Below, one piece after another: positions 1-11,800 of a stretch of DNA of 64,000 nucleotides. The notes under the pieces are model-generated. The model did not search any database. It was not told where the DNA came from and was given only the letters and a program-made list of their open reading frames with translations. The stretch spans positions 16,866,001 through 16,930,000 of the forward strand of contig CM059433.1 of NCBI GenBank assembly GCA_030390025.1, given 5' to 3'. Source of the stretch: Squalus acanthias. Lineage: Eukaryota. Made by a program: the position numbers and the translations under genes. Each line of letters opens with the position of its first letter. Position 1 is the first letter of the stretch.

Positions 1-659
1 ACCTTGGCTATAGTTCACATCAGTGTGCCCTGACCTCACCGTCTACTCCAGCCCGCAACCACATCTCTGCCTCCCAAATGTCAACAACGAGACGCCACCA
101 ACTTCAGATCGGGTATATTTGTTTCTTTAAGTGCAACAAAAAAAAATCCTTCGGTATAACTCTTCCAAATTATTTCTCTAAAAATGTTGCACTTTTTGTA
201 CAAGCTGCACCCTGCTATACATTTTCAACAACACTTCCACTTTCTTTCCAACTCTAACTTAATCAAGTTAAACATTCAGTCAGATTAACTATACTTTTTC
301 TATGAGCTCTCCTGTACCTCCCAACAACATTCTACTCTATTTCACATGCATTAATTAGCACATTCAGCTGCTAAATCTGTCCAACTAACAACTACTGTTA
401 AAATCATTAATAAATTGAACCATACAACACTTACTGCACTTGCGCCAACATTTAATAAACACAACCATGAATACACACCCCCACAACAAATCACTCAAAC
501 ATCCCATTGAGACATACACATACGCTCCACAAAATTTACATAAATACACAAACACAAGTTGTATGAAAAATAAACACATCATGCAATAAATGCACATTAT
601 ACTAAAACTTATCAATGGCATAAGGCACAGGCAACCAGATACAACACATCACACTAACT

Positions 660-1495
660 CAGTTGGGTGTGACCTCACCCCCGTTCAGATGGAGCTGTTC
701 TTCAGCGTGAGGCCCCAAAACCTCCCTTGGGAGCCTCTGCATCACAACTTGAGCCTTCTTTCAGAAATTCCCTCTGTGCCATTTGAATCTGCATGGAGAG
801 ATTTCCTGTATAAACTGCTGGCATACCCTCTATTTCTTCTCCCTTGACTTCTGTCCAGATGTACTGCAGTGGAACCTTTTTCAAATCGGAGGAGGGGGGA
901 AAGGAGGCAGTGGAGAGCTCTGTATATGGAAATCCATCCCAGCACCAATGGGGACTTGCGATGGAGAGTGTTGCACAGCGCGGTGGCATCAAAGATTGCT
1001 GAGCAAACTTCATGAATACCTCAACCACACTGTGGAGTGAACGAAACAACCATTTATATATATGTGCAGTGCCAGAGCTTGCACCTCCTGTTTCACCACC
1101 TAAAGGAGCTGCTCCTAAGGTTGTGGTTGAATTTCTCATCTATGCTTCTCATCCTTGATCCCATTGAGGTTGGGGTGGGGGGGGGGCACCAGTAGGCAGA
1201 GGGCCTCCTGGTCCGTCTGCTCCAAGCTTGGCGAAAGTCGCCATCCACAGGTCCAGGATGCATAAAATCGAGGGTATAGGGTCCTCTGGATGCATGTCCC
1301 TCTTCCGAGGACTCGTACGTGCTCGGGTGACCCTGGAGCAGGATCATCTGGTGCCCACCGGATTGCTTAAAAGCATTTCACGAATGGTGTCACCACGGGA
1401 CATGCGTTGACTGTCAGAATAGAATATTATTCTCGTGCCTTTTTAGTTGTTGTGAACCAGTTGTTTCAGTGGTGCCCTGCTTGTAATAGGGGGCA
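660..1495 (+). mobile_element. Degenerate L1/Tx1-clade LINE, ORF2 C-terminal fragment
   Basis: Frameshifted peptides GDLRWRVLHSAV, CGVNETTIYIYVQC (zinc-finger-like) and AKVAIHRSR...RARVTLE resemble Tx1-type ORF2 C-termini. Confidence 0.65.
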
Positions 1496-1539
1496 GTGCT
1501 TGTCAGTGTTTGCAGCACCTCAATGCTGTCAAACACTGA

Positions 1540-1775
1540 CAACTGTCAAACTCAATGTGGACGTGGTCCCTTTAAGGAAACCGGCTGATGACGCGTCATC
1601 AAATGATGTCATTAGACCCGCTTCCTGTTAATTGGTCGGGAAGCCCGCAGGGCGGGCTTAACAAGGCCAATCAAGGGAAAATTCCTTTGACAGAGCAGCT
1701 GCAGCCAGGATCGTGACTGGAACCCGGAAACCAGCTCTCAGCCACCATCCCGCCTCTTATGGGAAATTCGCGGCC
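1540..1775. mobile_element. Terminal fragment of a Harbinger-like DNA transposon or MITE
   Basis: GC-rich end GGGAAATTCGCGGCC followed by TTA resembles the termini of other MITEs in the window. Contains a 16-bp palindrome at 1586-1601. Confidence 0.4.
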
Positions 1776-3524
1776 TTAGCACTAGATACTTATAAATCTC
1801 CTGTAGTATTATTCACATGCAATTTGGGGCATGGAGAGGAGTATATTTGTTAATCACGCTGAGCTGATCTCAACGAAGTGCCCCTCCCCCTCTTCCCCCC
1901 CCCCTTCTCCCGCCCACCCCCCTCCCTTCCCTGTTTTAGAAATTGAGACTTCCCAATGTCCAATCATGTACACTGTGCGTTGTAGTGTGTAAAGTTTGGT
2001 TTGTCTTGCATCCCCAGAGAAAGGGGCCTGATAACTTGTATATGGCAACACCTTCAACACCACAAAAATGAGATCTAAATTTTATTTTCTCGTATTCTGT
2101 TTATAACCTCTGTTACCTAAATAATTAAAATGATGTGAATTAGAGGTAAATTATTACTATTTAGAAGCAAGACTTATTGCTGTGTGAATTGTGACTGGTT
2201 CCAGTGATTATTTTTCTTTTGCTTTGCCATTTACTCTTGTGGTGTCTTCTTTGGGAAATACAGAATGTGATAAATGATGCCCTGTCTCTCTCAACTTTTA
2301 AGATAAAGCTAACATTGTTGTACACGACTTTTGAGTTGCACAATGGAACCATTTCCCCCAATCATGAGGCTGCAAACACTACAGTTCTCACTGATCAAGG
2401 ACTCTGTAATCTGTATCCATCAAAGCTACAGTGATGAAGATCAGATGTGAATGCAGAACAGCATAGGAACATATAAATAATCTAAAAAGATAAATAAATA
2501 TATAGGCATCTTTTACTTGAAAGTACTGTGGAAGTGTAAATCGGTTTCCTTCAGCTATATGAGGTTAAGTTTATTCATAAACCACTTGTCCAGCTAAGTG
2601 CTTTGGTACAAGTAAAAGACTTGTTGAGGCCAGTATGGATGGGCAGTCTTGCCAAAACAGTTAAACTCCTGCAGCAGTCTACCTTGTTTGCCCTTTACAC
2701 TGGGTCAGGACTTCAGCCCAAGGTATTTTGCTTTGCAAAAAATCTATGTATGGCCAAAAATCTGAGTTTACTAGTATATTTATAAGCTAAACTGCTGAAG
2801 TTTGAAATTATATGTCTCTTTGGAAACCATCTAGACAGTATACTTTATAAAGATTCAAGAAGCAGCAAGAATTGAAAAGTGATTGCAGGGTATAAGTTCA
2901 AGGTTAGTGCTCAGTTAGTGCTTCTACCTATTTAAAAAGGAAGTAGACCCTCCTTTGAGGGCTGGAGGAATTCCATGCGGGAGCCAAAAGATCCAAGGAA
3001 GGCAGACAGAAAAGGCAGGAAGAAAATGCCTTTTGCAGTTGCTCACTAATAGCCACTTCTAGTCACTGTTGCATCAGTATTAGTGGAAACTTCAATGGAA
3101 CACTGTGTCTGACCATTACTGGTGAGCGGAACTTTGCTTCGTTACAGGGATGTGGGGAAACTGCCCGAAAAGACAATGTTCATCATTTTGCACGGTCTTG
3201 CCCCAATATTCATAGAAGCAATTTTCATGAGATGAGCACAAAGTGCTTAATTCAAGGATCACTTGATCATAAAGATACATAAATTCTGCCTTCCTTGGCT
3301 GCCAAATGAATATTTAGACCAGAGAATCTTAAAGCTCTACTGTTGCTGTGTAGTTCCAGGAAGACTGGAGCATTCTGACTTACCTTGGATCTTGCAATTC
3401 CATTTCCTAAAAATTCAGAAAATTAAAAAAAATAATGTTACCACAGAAAATGCAATAGTGTCTTGAGAGAAAAGCTAGCATCTGTGTATTGTGAACAATC
3501 TTGAACTAAGGTACTGGGAAGAAT

Positions 3525-6036
3525 ATAGAGGAGCAAATTTGCAGGGAAATTACAGAGCGATGCAAAAACAATAGAGTAGTGATAACAGGCGACTTCAACT
3601 ATCCTAAAATAGACTGGGATAGTAATAGTGTAGAGAGGGGGAAGAATTTCTGAAGTGTATTCAGGAGAACTTTCTTGATCAGTGCGTTTCCGGCCCAACG
3701 AGGAAGGAGGCATTGCTGGATCTGGTTCTGGGGAATGAGGTGGGTCAAGTGGAGCAAGTGTCAGTAGGGGAACATTTAGGGAACAGTGATCACAGTATCA
3801 TAAGGTTTAGACTAGCTATGGAAAAGGACAGGGAGCAATCTAGAGTAAAAATACTTCATTGGAGGAAAGCCAATTTCAGTGGGTTGAGAACGGATCTGGC
3901 CCAGGTAAATTGGAATCAAAGATTGGCAGGCAAAACTGTAATCGAACAATGGGCTGCCTTTAAAGAGGAGATGGTTCGGGTACAGTCGCAGTACATTCCC
4001 ACGAGGGGGAAAAGTAGGGCAACCAAAGCCAGAGCTCCCTGGATGACGAAAGCAATAGCGAGTAAGATGAAGCAGACAGATGTCAGGTTGAGAATACAAG
4101 TGAGAACAAGGATGAATATAGAAAGTTCAGAGGGGAAATGAAAAAGGAAATAAGAGGGGCAAAGACAGAGTATGAGAATAGATTGGCAGCTAACATAAAA
4201 GGGAATCGCAAAGTCTTCTATAGGCATATAAATAATAAATGGGTAGTAAGAGGAGGGGTGGGGCCAATTAGGGACCAAAATGGAGACCTATGCATGGAGG
4301 CAGAGGGCATAGCTGAGGTACTAAATGAGTACTTTGCATCTGTCTTTACCAAGGAGGATGATGCTGCCAAAGTCATAGTGAAAGTGGAGGTAGTTGAGAT
4401 ACTAGATGGGATAAAAATTGATAATGAGGAGGTACTAGAAAAGCTGGCTGTACTTAAAGAAGATAAGTCACCAGGACCGGATGGGATGCATCCTAGGATG
4501 CTGAGAGAAGTAAAGGTGGAAATTGCGGAGGTACTGGCCATAATCTTCCAATCCTGCTTAGATACAGTGGGGGGGGGGAGGTGCCAGAGGACTGGAGAAT
4601 TGCAAATGTTACATCCTTGTTCAAAAAAGGGTGTAAGGATAAACCCAGCAACTACAGGCCAGTCAGTTGAACCTCGGTAGTGGGGAAGCTTTTAGAAACA
4701 ATAATCCAGGACAAAATTAACAGTCACTTGGACAAGTATGGATTAATCAAGGAAAGCCAGCACGGATTTGTTAAAGGCAAATCGTGTTTAACTAATTTGA
4801 TTGAGTTTTTTGATGAGGTAACAGAGGGTTGATGAGGGCAATGCGGTTGATGTGGTGTACATGGACTTCCAAAAGGCGTTTGATAAAGTGCCACATAATA
4901 GGCTTGCCAGCAAAGTTGAAGCCCATGGAATATGAAGGACAGTGGCAGCATGGATACAAAATTGGTTAAGTGACAGGAAACTGAGAGTAGTGGTGAACAG
5001 TTTTTTGGACTGGAGGAAGGTACACAGTGGTGTTCCCCACGGGTTGGTACTAGGACCACTGCTTTTCTTGATATATATTAATGACTTAGACTTGTGTGTA
5101 CAGGGCACAATTTCAAAATTTGCAGATGACACAAAACTTGGAAATATAGTGAACAGTGAGGAGGATAGTGATAGACTTCAAGAAGACATAGACAGGCTGG
5201 TGGAATGGGTGAACACGTGGCAGATGAATTTCAACGCAGGAAAGTGCAAGTGATACATTTTGGTACAAAGAACGAGGAGAGGCAATATAAACTAAAGTAT
5301 ACAATTCTAAAGGGGGTGCATGAACAGAGAGACTTGGGGGTATATGTGCACAAATCGTTGAAGGTGGCAGGGGCATGTTGAGAAAGCGGTTATAAAGCAT
5401 ATGGGATCCTGGGCTTCATAAATAGAGGCATAGAGTACAAAAGCAAGGAAGTTATGATGAAACTTTATAAAACACTGGTTCGGCCTCAACTGGATTTTTT
5501 TGTGTCCAATTCTGGGCACCACACTTTAGGAAGGATGTGAAGGCCTTAGAGAGGGTGCAGAAAAGATTTACGAGAATGGTTCCAGGGATGAGGGACTTCA
5601 GTTACGTGAATAGACTGGAGAAGCTGGGGTTGTTCTCTTTAGAGCAGAGAAGGTTGAGAGGAGATTTGATAGAGGTGTTCAAAATCATGAGGGGTCTGGA
5701 CAGCGTAAAAGGAGCGAAACTGTTCCCATTGCCGGAAGGGTTGAGAACCAGAGGACACAGATTTAAGGTGATTGGCAGAAGAACCAAAGGCGACATGAGG
5801 AAAAACATTTTATGCAGCGAGTGGTTAGGATCTGGAGTTCACTGCCTGAAAGGGTGGTGGAGGCAGATTCAATCGTGGCTTTCAAAAGGAATTGGATAAG
5901 TACCTGAAAGAAAGAAAATTGCAGGGTTACGGGGAAAGGGCGGGGGAATGGGACTAGCTGAAGTGCTCTTGCAGAGGGCCGGCACGAGCTCGATGGGCCG
6001 AATGGCCTCCTGTGCTGTAACCATTCTATGATTCTA
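3525..6036 (+). mobile_element. CR1 LINE, 5'-truncated ORF2 with frameshifts and 3' tail
   Basis: GDFNYP, LGNSDH, KSPGPDGMHPR, GVPHGLVLGPLLFLIYINDLD, KFADDTK and LEQRRLRGDLIEVFKIM motifs. Ends in ATTCTATG-ATTCTA. Confidence 0.92.
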
Positions 6037-6260
6037 CTGTGATGCTAAATACCTCCATCGCTGTTTGGATGGAGGGTGATCGAAGGCATTTGAACCGCAT
6101 ATCCTCCGTAAACAAATAGGCTCAAATTTCAAGCAATTATACCTTTCACAAGTAAAACTCCATTCTACTCCGAACAGGAATAGGAAATGCTGCATCAGCT
6201 ATCTTGCCTGGCTGTGCAGAAGGAATTGGATTATATTTTCACTTTCAGCCATCTCAGCAT

Positions 6261-6692
6261 CAGCCATGGCTCAGTTGGTAGCGCACTCTCCTATGAGTCA
6301 GAAGGTTGTAGGTTCACGTCCCACTCCAGAGACTTGAGCACTCCAGTGCTGCACTGTCGGAGGTGCTGTTTTTCGGATGAGACATTAAACTGAGGCCCCA
6401 TCTGCTCTCAGGTGGACTTAAAAGATCCCAGGACTCTATTTCGAAGAAGAGCTGGGGAGTTATCCCCGATGCCTTGGCCAAAATTTATCCCACAATCAAC
6501 AGCACTAAAAACATATTATCTGGTCATTATCACATTGCTTTTTGTGGGAGCTTGCTGTGCACAAATCGGCTGCTGCGTTTCCTGCATTACAATCAGTGAC
6601 TACACTTCCAAAGTACTTCACTAGCTGTAAAGTGCTTTGGGACGTCCTGAGCTTGTGAAAGGCGCTATATCAATGCAAGTCTTTTTTTCTTT
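6261..6692 (+). mobile_element. tRNA-derived SINE, Deu-domain (SacSINE1-like), with L2-type tail
   Basis: A-box-like TGGCTCAGTTGG and B-box-like GGTTCACGTCC. Central TTGTGGGAGCTTGCTGTGC core. 3' tail GTGAAAGGCGCTATATCAATGCAAGT resembles the L2 tails in this window. Confidence 0.75.
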
Positions 6693-7211
6693 TAGCTAAT
6701 TTAAATTCATTCACAAGATCTAGATTAAAGCTAAAATTGCTTTAAAAAGAGCTTTCGGTTGAGTATGCCTTGTATTTTCTCTGGTTCATAAGTCCTTGAA
6801 ACATTAAACTGTTTGCCAGCTAACTCATGCCTGTGATTTGAATCTTGCCCTGAACAAGTTTAATTTCAGAAGTATTTGAATCTATGTTAACTTGGGGAGG
6901 ATAAAGGAGATGTAAAGACTAGAGTACTTTATGTATAGAGTATTCCTCCATATCAATAAGAAGTTAACAGCCATCCTACCAAGTTTATATTCAACAGGAT
7001 GGACTTCTTAGTGGCAGAAAAAAAAATTCTATTTACTCAACTGGTCCCACAAACTTATCACAGATATTTATTTTCAGAGAGACAATCATTTCACTGTTTC
7101 TTTCAATATACTAATGAAAGACTTCTGTTTCTCCGTACTCAAAAACAAACTGAACCTGGCTAAGGATGGGGAGAACCTATCTTAAAATATGAAGATGTCG
7201 CATGATTCTTA

Positions 7212-7333
7212 TCTTTCAAAAGGGAGTTGGATAAGTATCTGAAGGAAAAAAATTTGCACGGCTACGGGGAAAGGGCAGGGGAGTGGGACTAGCTGAGAGT
7301 GGGCACGGGCTCGACGGGCCGAATGGCCTCCTT
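7212..7333 (+). mobile_element. CR1 3'-end fragment
   Basis: Matches 5880-6030 (TTCAAAAGG...GGGCCGAATGGCCTCC...CCATTCTAT). Confidence 0.8.
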
Positions 7334-7577
7334 CCGTGCTGTAACCATTCTATACTTCCAGTGATAATCATAGAATCAAATACAGGTCTCCCCTACTGTA
7401 GCCTGATTCCACTGGAATAAATGCATCCAAGATTGGGAAAAATCTGCTAAAATGTGTTTAGTTGATCTGGGTTCTAAGTCTAATCATTCTAAGTTTATAG
7501 GCATACCGTTGACCTGGTACTGTAACATAAGAGCAAAGTTGCTCAAGGTCTTTGTTAAAAGTCTCCTCTGCAAGCCT

Positions 7578-8048
7578 CAGAGAGGGTGCAGAGGAGATTT
7601 ACTCAAATGGTACCAGGGATGAGGGACATCAGTTATGTGGAAAGACTAGAGAAGCTGGTGTTCTCCTTAGAGCAGAGAAGGTTAAGGGGAGATTTAATAG
7701 AGGTGTTCAAAATCATGAACGGTTTTGATAGAGTAAATAAGGTGAAACTGTTTCCAGTGGCAGGCGGGTCGGTAACCAGAGGACACAGATTTAAGGTAAT
7801 TGTCAAAAGAACCAGAGGCGAGATGAGGAGAAATGTTTTCACGCAGCGAGTTATGATCTGGAATGTACTGCCTGAAAGGGTGGTGGAAGCGGATTTAATA
7901 ATAACTTTCAAAAGGGAATTGGATAAATACTTGAAGGGGAAAAATTTGCAGGGCTATGGGGAAAGGGATTAATTGGATAGCTCTTTCAAAGAGCCGATAC
8001 AGGCACAATGGGCTGAATGGCCTCCTGTGCTGTATCATTCTATGATTT
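7578..8048 (+). mobile_element. CR1 3' fragment
   Basis: ORF QRRFTQMVPGMRD...LEQRRLRGDLIEVFKIM and ATTCTATGAT tail. Confidence 0.88.
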
Positions 8049-8558
8049 AGAATCCAGAGATCTGCAGTCAAAGCCTTGGGCTGTCTTATCACCTGAAACT
8101 GCAAACCTGTCAAGATCAGATTTTTGTCGTTTCATTGGCAGGGTATCATAGTGTATCTCAATAGGGGAGCATTTCACCATGGAGTGGTGAGGAGAAAACT
8201 GTTTTGACCTGTCTATAATGTACGTAGATTGGTGTATTTTTGAATTAAGACAAGACTGAACTAAGTCGCTTAATTCAAATGATCTGATTTTAATTTTGTA
8301 AGCACAAAATATCCAGGTTGTTGTGTTATTTACATTACTTAATTGAAATGATTAGATTGGAATTTTTTAAGCACAGAAAGGTCTTTGCATTATAGAGCAG
8401 GCTGTATTCACTGGTTTTTGCATTCAAGTTTAAAGAAAGAAAATACATAATGTATAACATTAAAAACCTTCTTCCATTTCTATAGTATTGAACTACTGGA
8501 ATCTGTTTCATGTACAGCAAATTTGGCAAGAAATTTTGACAATCCATAAGATAGGTAC

Positions 8559-8752
8559 TGTGGTAACACAATACAGCTTCCTGTGACTCGAACTTTATTG
8601 CATCACTTCCTGTGATTAGTCCAGGATAAATACTGGACTGATCAGTTGGATCCTGGAGAGGCATAGAGTAAGACCTCTTTTGTATGTAGCACCTTTTTAG
8701 TTGATTAAAGCTTACTTTAAGTTCACCACGCGTAAGGCTCATTCTTACGACA
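8559..8752 (+). repeat. 5' LTR (194 bp)
   Basis: Starts TGTGGTAA and ends TTACGACA (7/8 inverted match). Differs from the 3' LTR only at 8604 (C) vs 12844 (A). Confidence 0.97.
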
Positions 8753-8753
8753 A

Positions 8754-8764
8754 TTTAATCAACT
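8754..8764 (+). promoter_or_regulatory. Putative self-priming primer-binding site
   Basis: TTTAATCAACT starts 1 nt after the 5' LTR, has no TGG, and is the exact reverse complement of LTR bases 8699-8709 (AGTTGATTAAA). Confidence 0.7.
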
Positions 8765-8830
8765 TTGGAAAACTTCGCACTCAAACTTTTTGGACGAACT
8801 CGGAACTAAGGATCCAGGAAATCACCCATC

Positions 8831-11800
8831 ATGGAAAACATCCTTAAACCATTGCGTCTTGACTTGGACCCAAACACCCCAGCAGCCGGTAAGGTGTGGA
8901 AACACTGGTATCGCACGTTTGACAATTTTCTGGAATATTGCAAGGCTGATGATGACTCAAAGTTGCGGATACTCATCAACTGTGTCACCCCGAATGTATT
9001 TCAGTATGTGGAGGAATGGGGCAGTTACAAGGAGGCAATTCGGACGCTTAAGAGACTATATACTAAGACACCGAATGAGGTCTATGCCAGACATCTACTA
9101 GCTACAGCCCAACAAGGGCCGGAGGAATCCATTGATAAATTCCTCCAAGAGCTTCGCAGACTTAGTATGGACTGTAACTTTCGGGCGGCCTCAGCTGAGC
9201 TGTACCGTGAAGAAATGATCCGTGATGCTTTCATCTGCGGGCTTGCCTCCCCATTTATACGCCAGCGTCTACTGGAAAGTAAGACACTTGAGCTTCAGAG
9301 AGCTTATGACATGGCTTGCTCTCTAGATCTGGCAAAAAGAAATGCAGACCTTTATACAGTGCCCAGACCTCGGTCTATTGCCTTAACTACAGTCAGGCAA
9401 TTTAAGAGGCCACAGGTGAACTCTATTAGGGAGGTCTTTATCCCTGACGATCAATCTGATGACTTCACTGATGAAGAGGATGATGACCCCACTGTGGCAG
9501 CCTCTTGGCAATCTAAGAAATGCTTCTTTTGTGGTGATGAGTTTCACCCTCGGAAATTCTGCCCTGCTCGCAATGCGTTTTGCAGTCATTGCAACAAAAA
9601 GGGTCATTTTGCAAAGGTTTGCCTATCAAGAGCCTCTACGAGGGCTTATCAAGCTAAGTCCTACCGAACTGCCCCGGTAAGGGCCGATCAAGATGTTCCG
9701 GCTAACATCTATCGTGCTTCCTTTCGGGTTTCCTCTCGAAGAAACACACCTAGAGTTTCAGCCACTCTTTGTGCAACGACACCAATTACAGCTGCTTGTC
9801 CGCAGAACCTATTCCATGCAGCTACAAAAGCATCAATTAATGGACATACTTTAGATGCCTTAATTGACTCAGGTAGCACTGATAGTTTCATTAGGGAACA
9901 GATTGTTGCAGAGTTAAAGCTACATGTTTTCCCATCGGACCAGGCAGTTGCGATGGCTCAGTCATCACTTAATACCAGAATTTCTGGCTTTTGTATGGTT
10001 GAAATAACACTTAATGGTCACAGGTATCCCTCCACCCGGCTTTCGGTGCTCAAGGATTTATGTAGTGATCTTATCTTAGGGCTGGATTTTCAAAAGCAGC
10101 ATAAGAAGCTCACCATTGAGTTCGGCGGATCCAAACCTGAACTCACTTTTTCTAATATACGACCTCGATTACCGTTCTGTGCATTGTCAGCAGCTTCACT
10201 GGATGAACCCTCACTGTTTACCAGTATCCCTCCTCGATGCAAACCGATTATAACAAAGTCACGACGTTTCAGTCAGGAAGACCAGTCTTTTATTGCGGCT
10301 GAGATTTCTCGGCTTTTAGCAGAGGATATCATCGAGCCTTGTTCGTTGCCATGGCGCGCCCAGGTCGTTATTGTTAAGAACCCTCTACAACCTCACAAGA
10401 AACGGCTGTGCATTGACTATTCACAGACCATCAATCAATATACGGACTTGGACGCATACCCATTGCCGCGCATCGATGATATGGTTAATAAACTGGCTGA
10501 GTACACGGTGTTCTCAACATATGATCTGAAAAGTGCCTATCATCAGGTACCCTTGAAGGTCTCAGACAAGCAGTATACGGCCTTTGAAGCCAATGGACGG
10601 CTGTATCAATTTCGTCGCCTCCCCTTTGGGGTCACTAATGGAGTGGCTGTCTTCCAGCGAGCAATGGATGACCTGGTCAAACAGGAAGACTTGAAGGATA
10701 CGTTTCCTTATCTGGACAATATTACTGTCGCAGGTCGCAATCAGCGGGAACATGATGCCAATCTCCAACGATTTTGGGATGCACTCCAGCACCGTAATTT
10801 GACATTAAATGCGGCTAAATCCATTGAGTCACAACCAACCATCAACATCCTTGGCTATTGTGTGGGCAATGGCATCATTAAACCTGACCCTGAAAGGCTT
10901 CGCCCACTCCAAGAACTCCCGCCACCTAAGAATCCGGCCTCCTTGCGCCAGGCCCTCGGCCTGTTTGCATACTATGCTAAATGGATTCCTAACTTCTCGG
11001 ACCGAATCCAACCTCTACTGAAGGCCAGCACATTCCCACTAGACACAGCGGCTGTTGCAGCCTTTAACCTCCTGAAAAAACAGTTGGAGAAAGCGGCTCT
11101 TCACTCCATCGATGAGAGTCTTCCTTTTGTTGTTGAGTGTGATGCCTCGGAGGTGGCGATCTCGGCCACTCTGAATCAGGAAGGTCGTCCGGTGGCATTT
11201 TTGTCCAGGACTTTTCAAGGGGCTGAGCTACATTATCCTCCAGTCGAGAAAGAAGCTACAGCCATCATAGAGGCAGTACGGAAGTGGAGTCATCTCCTAG
11301 CTCGCCAGCACTTTACCTTAATCACAGACCAGCGATCGGTCGCCTTCATGCTCGATAATCGAAAACGGACCAAAATTAAAAATAATAAAATCCAGCTTTG
11401 GCGGCTGGAATTGGCCTCTTTTGGTTACACCATCCACTATCGACCTGGCAAGGAGAATGTGGCTCCGGATACCCTCACACGAGCATTCTGCTCCGCCATG
11501 GCACCCTCTACGCTCGTAGACATCCATGATGGGTTGTGTCATCCGGGCGTTACTCGCATGCTACACTTCGTGCGGTCCCGAAATCTCCCATTCTCTACCG
11601 GGGATGTAAAGAAGATGTGCTCGGACTGCAGAGTCTGTGCGGAATTGAAACCTCAGTTTTTCCGCCCCTCGGGTGGTATACTCATACATGCGACCCAGCC
11701 AATGCAACGGCTTAGCATCGATTTTAAGGGGCCGTTGCCCTCTTCAACTCGCAACACTTATCTGTTGACCATGGTCGATGAGTATTCCCGTTTTCCGTTT

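Noticed and set aside
8335..8742. Minus-strand ORFs starting MSLTRGELK (here and 12689-12982)
   Set aside because: These are antisense readings of the duplicated LTR with no recognisable domain.
8753..8775. Conventional tRNA primer-binding site
   Set aside because: There is no TGG next to the LTR. The first TGG is about 14 nt downstream, and the proximal bases are explained by complementarity to the LTR.
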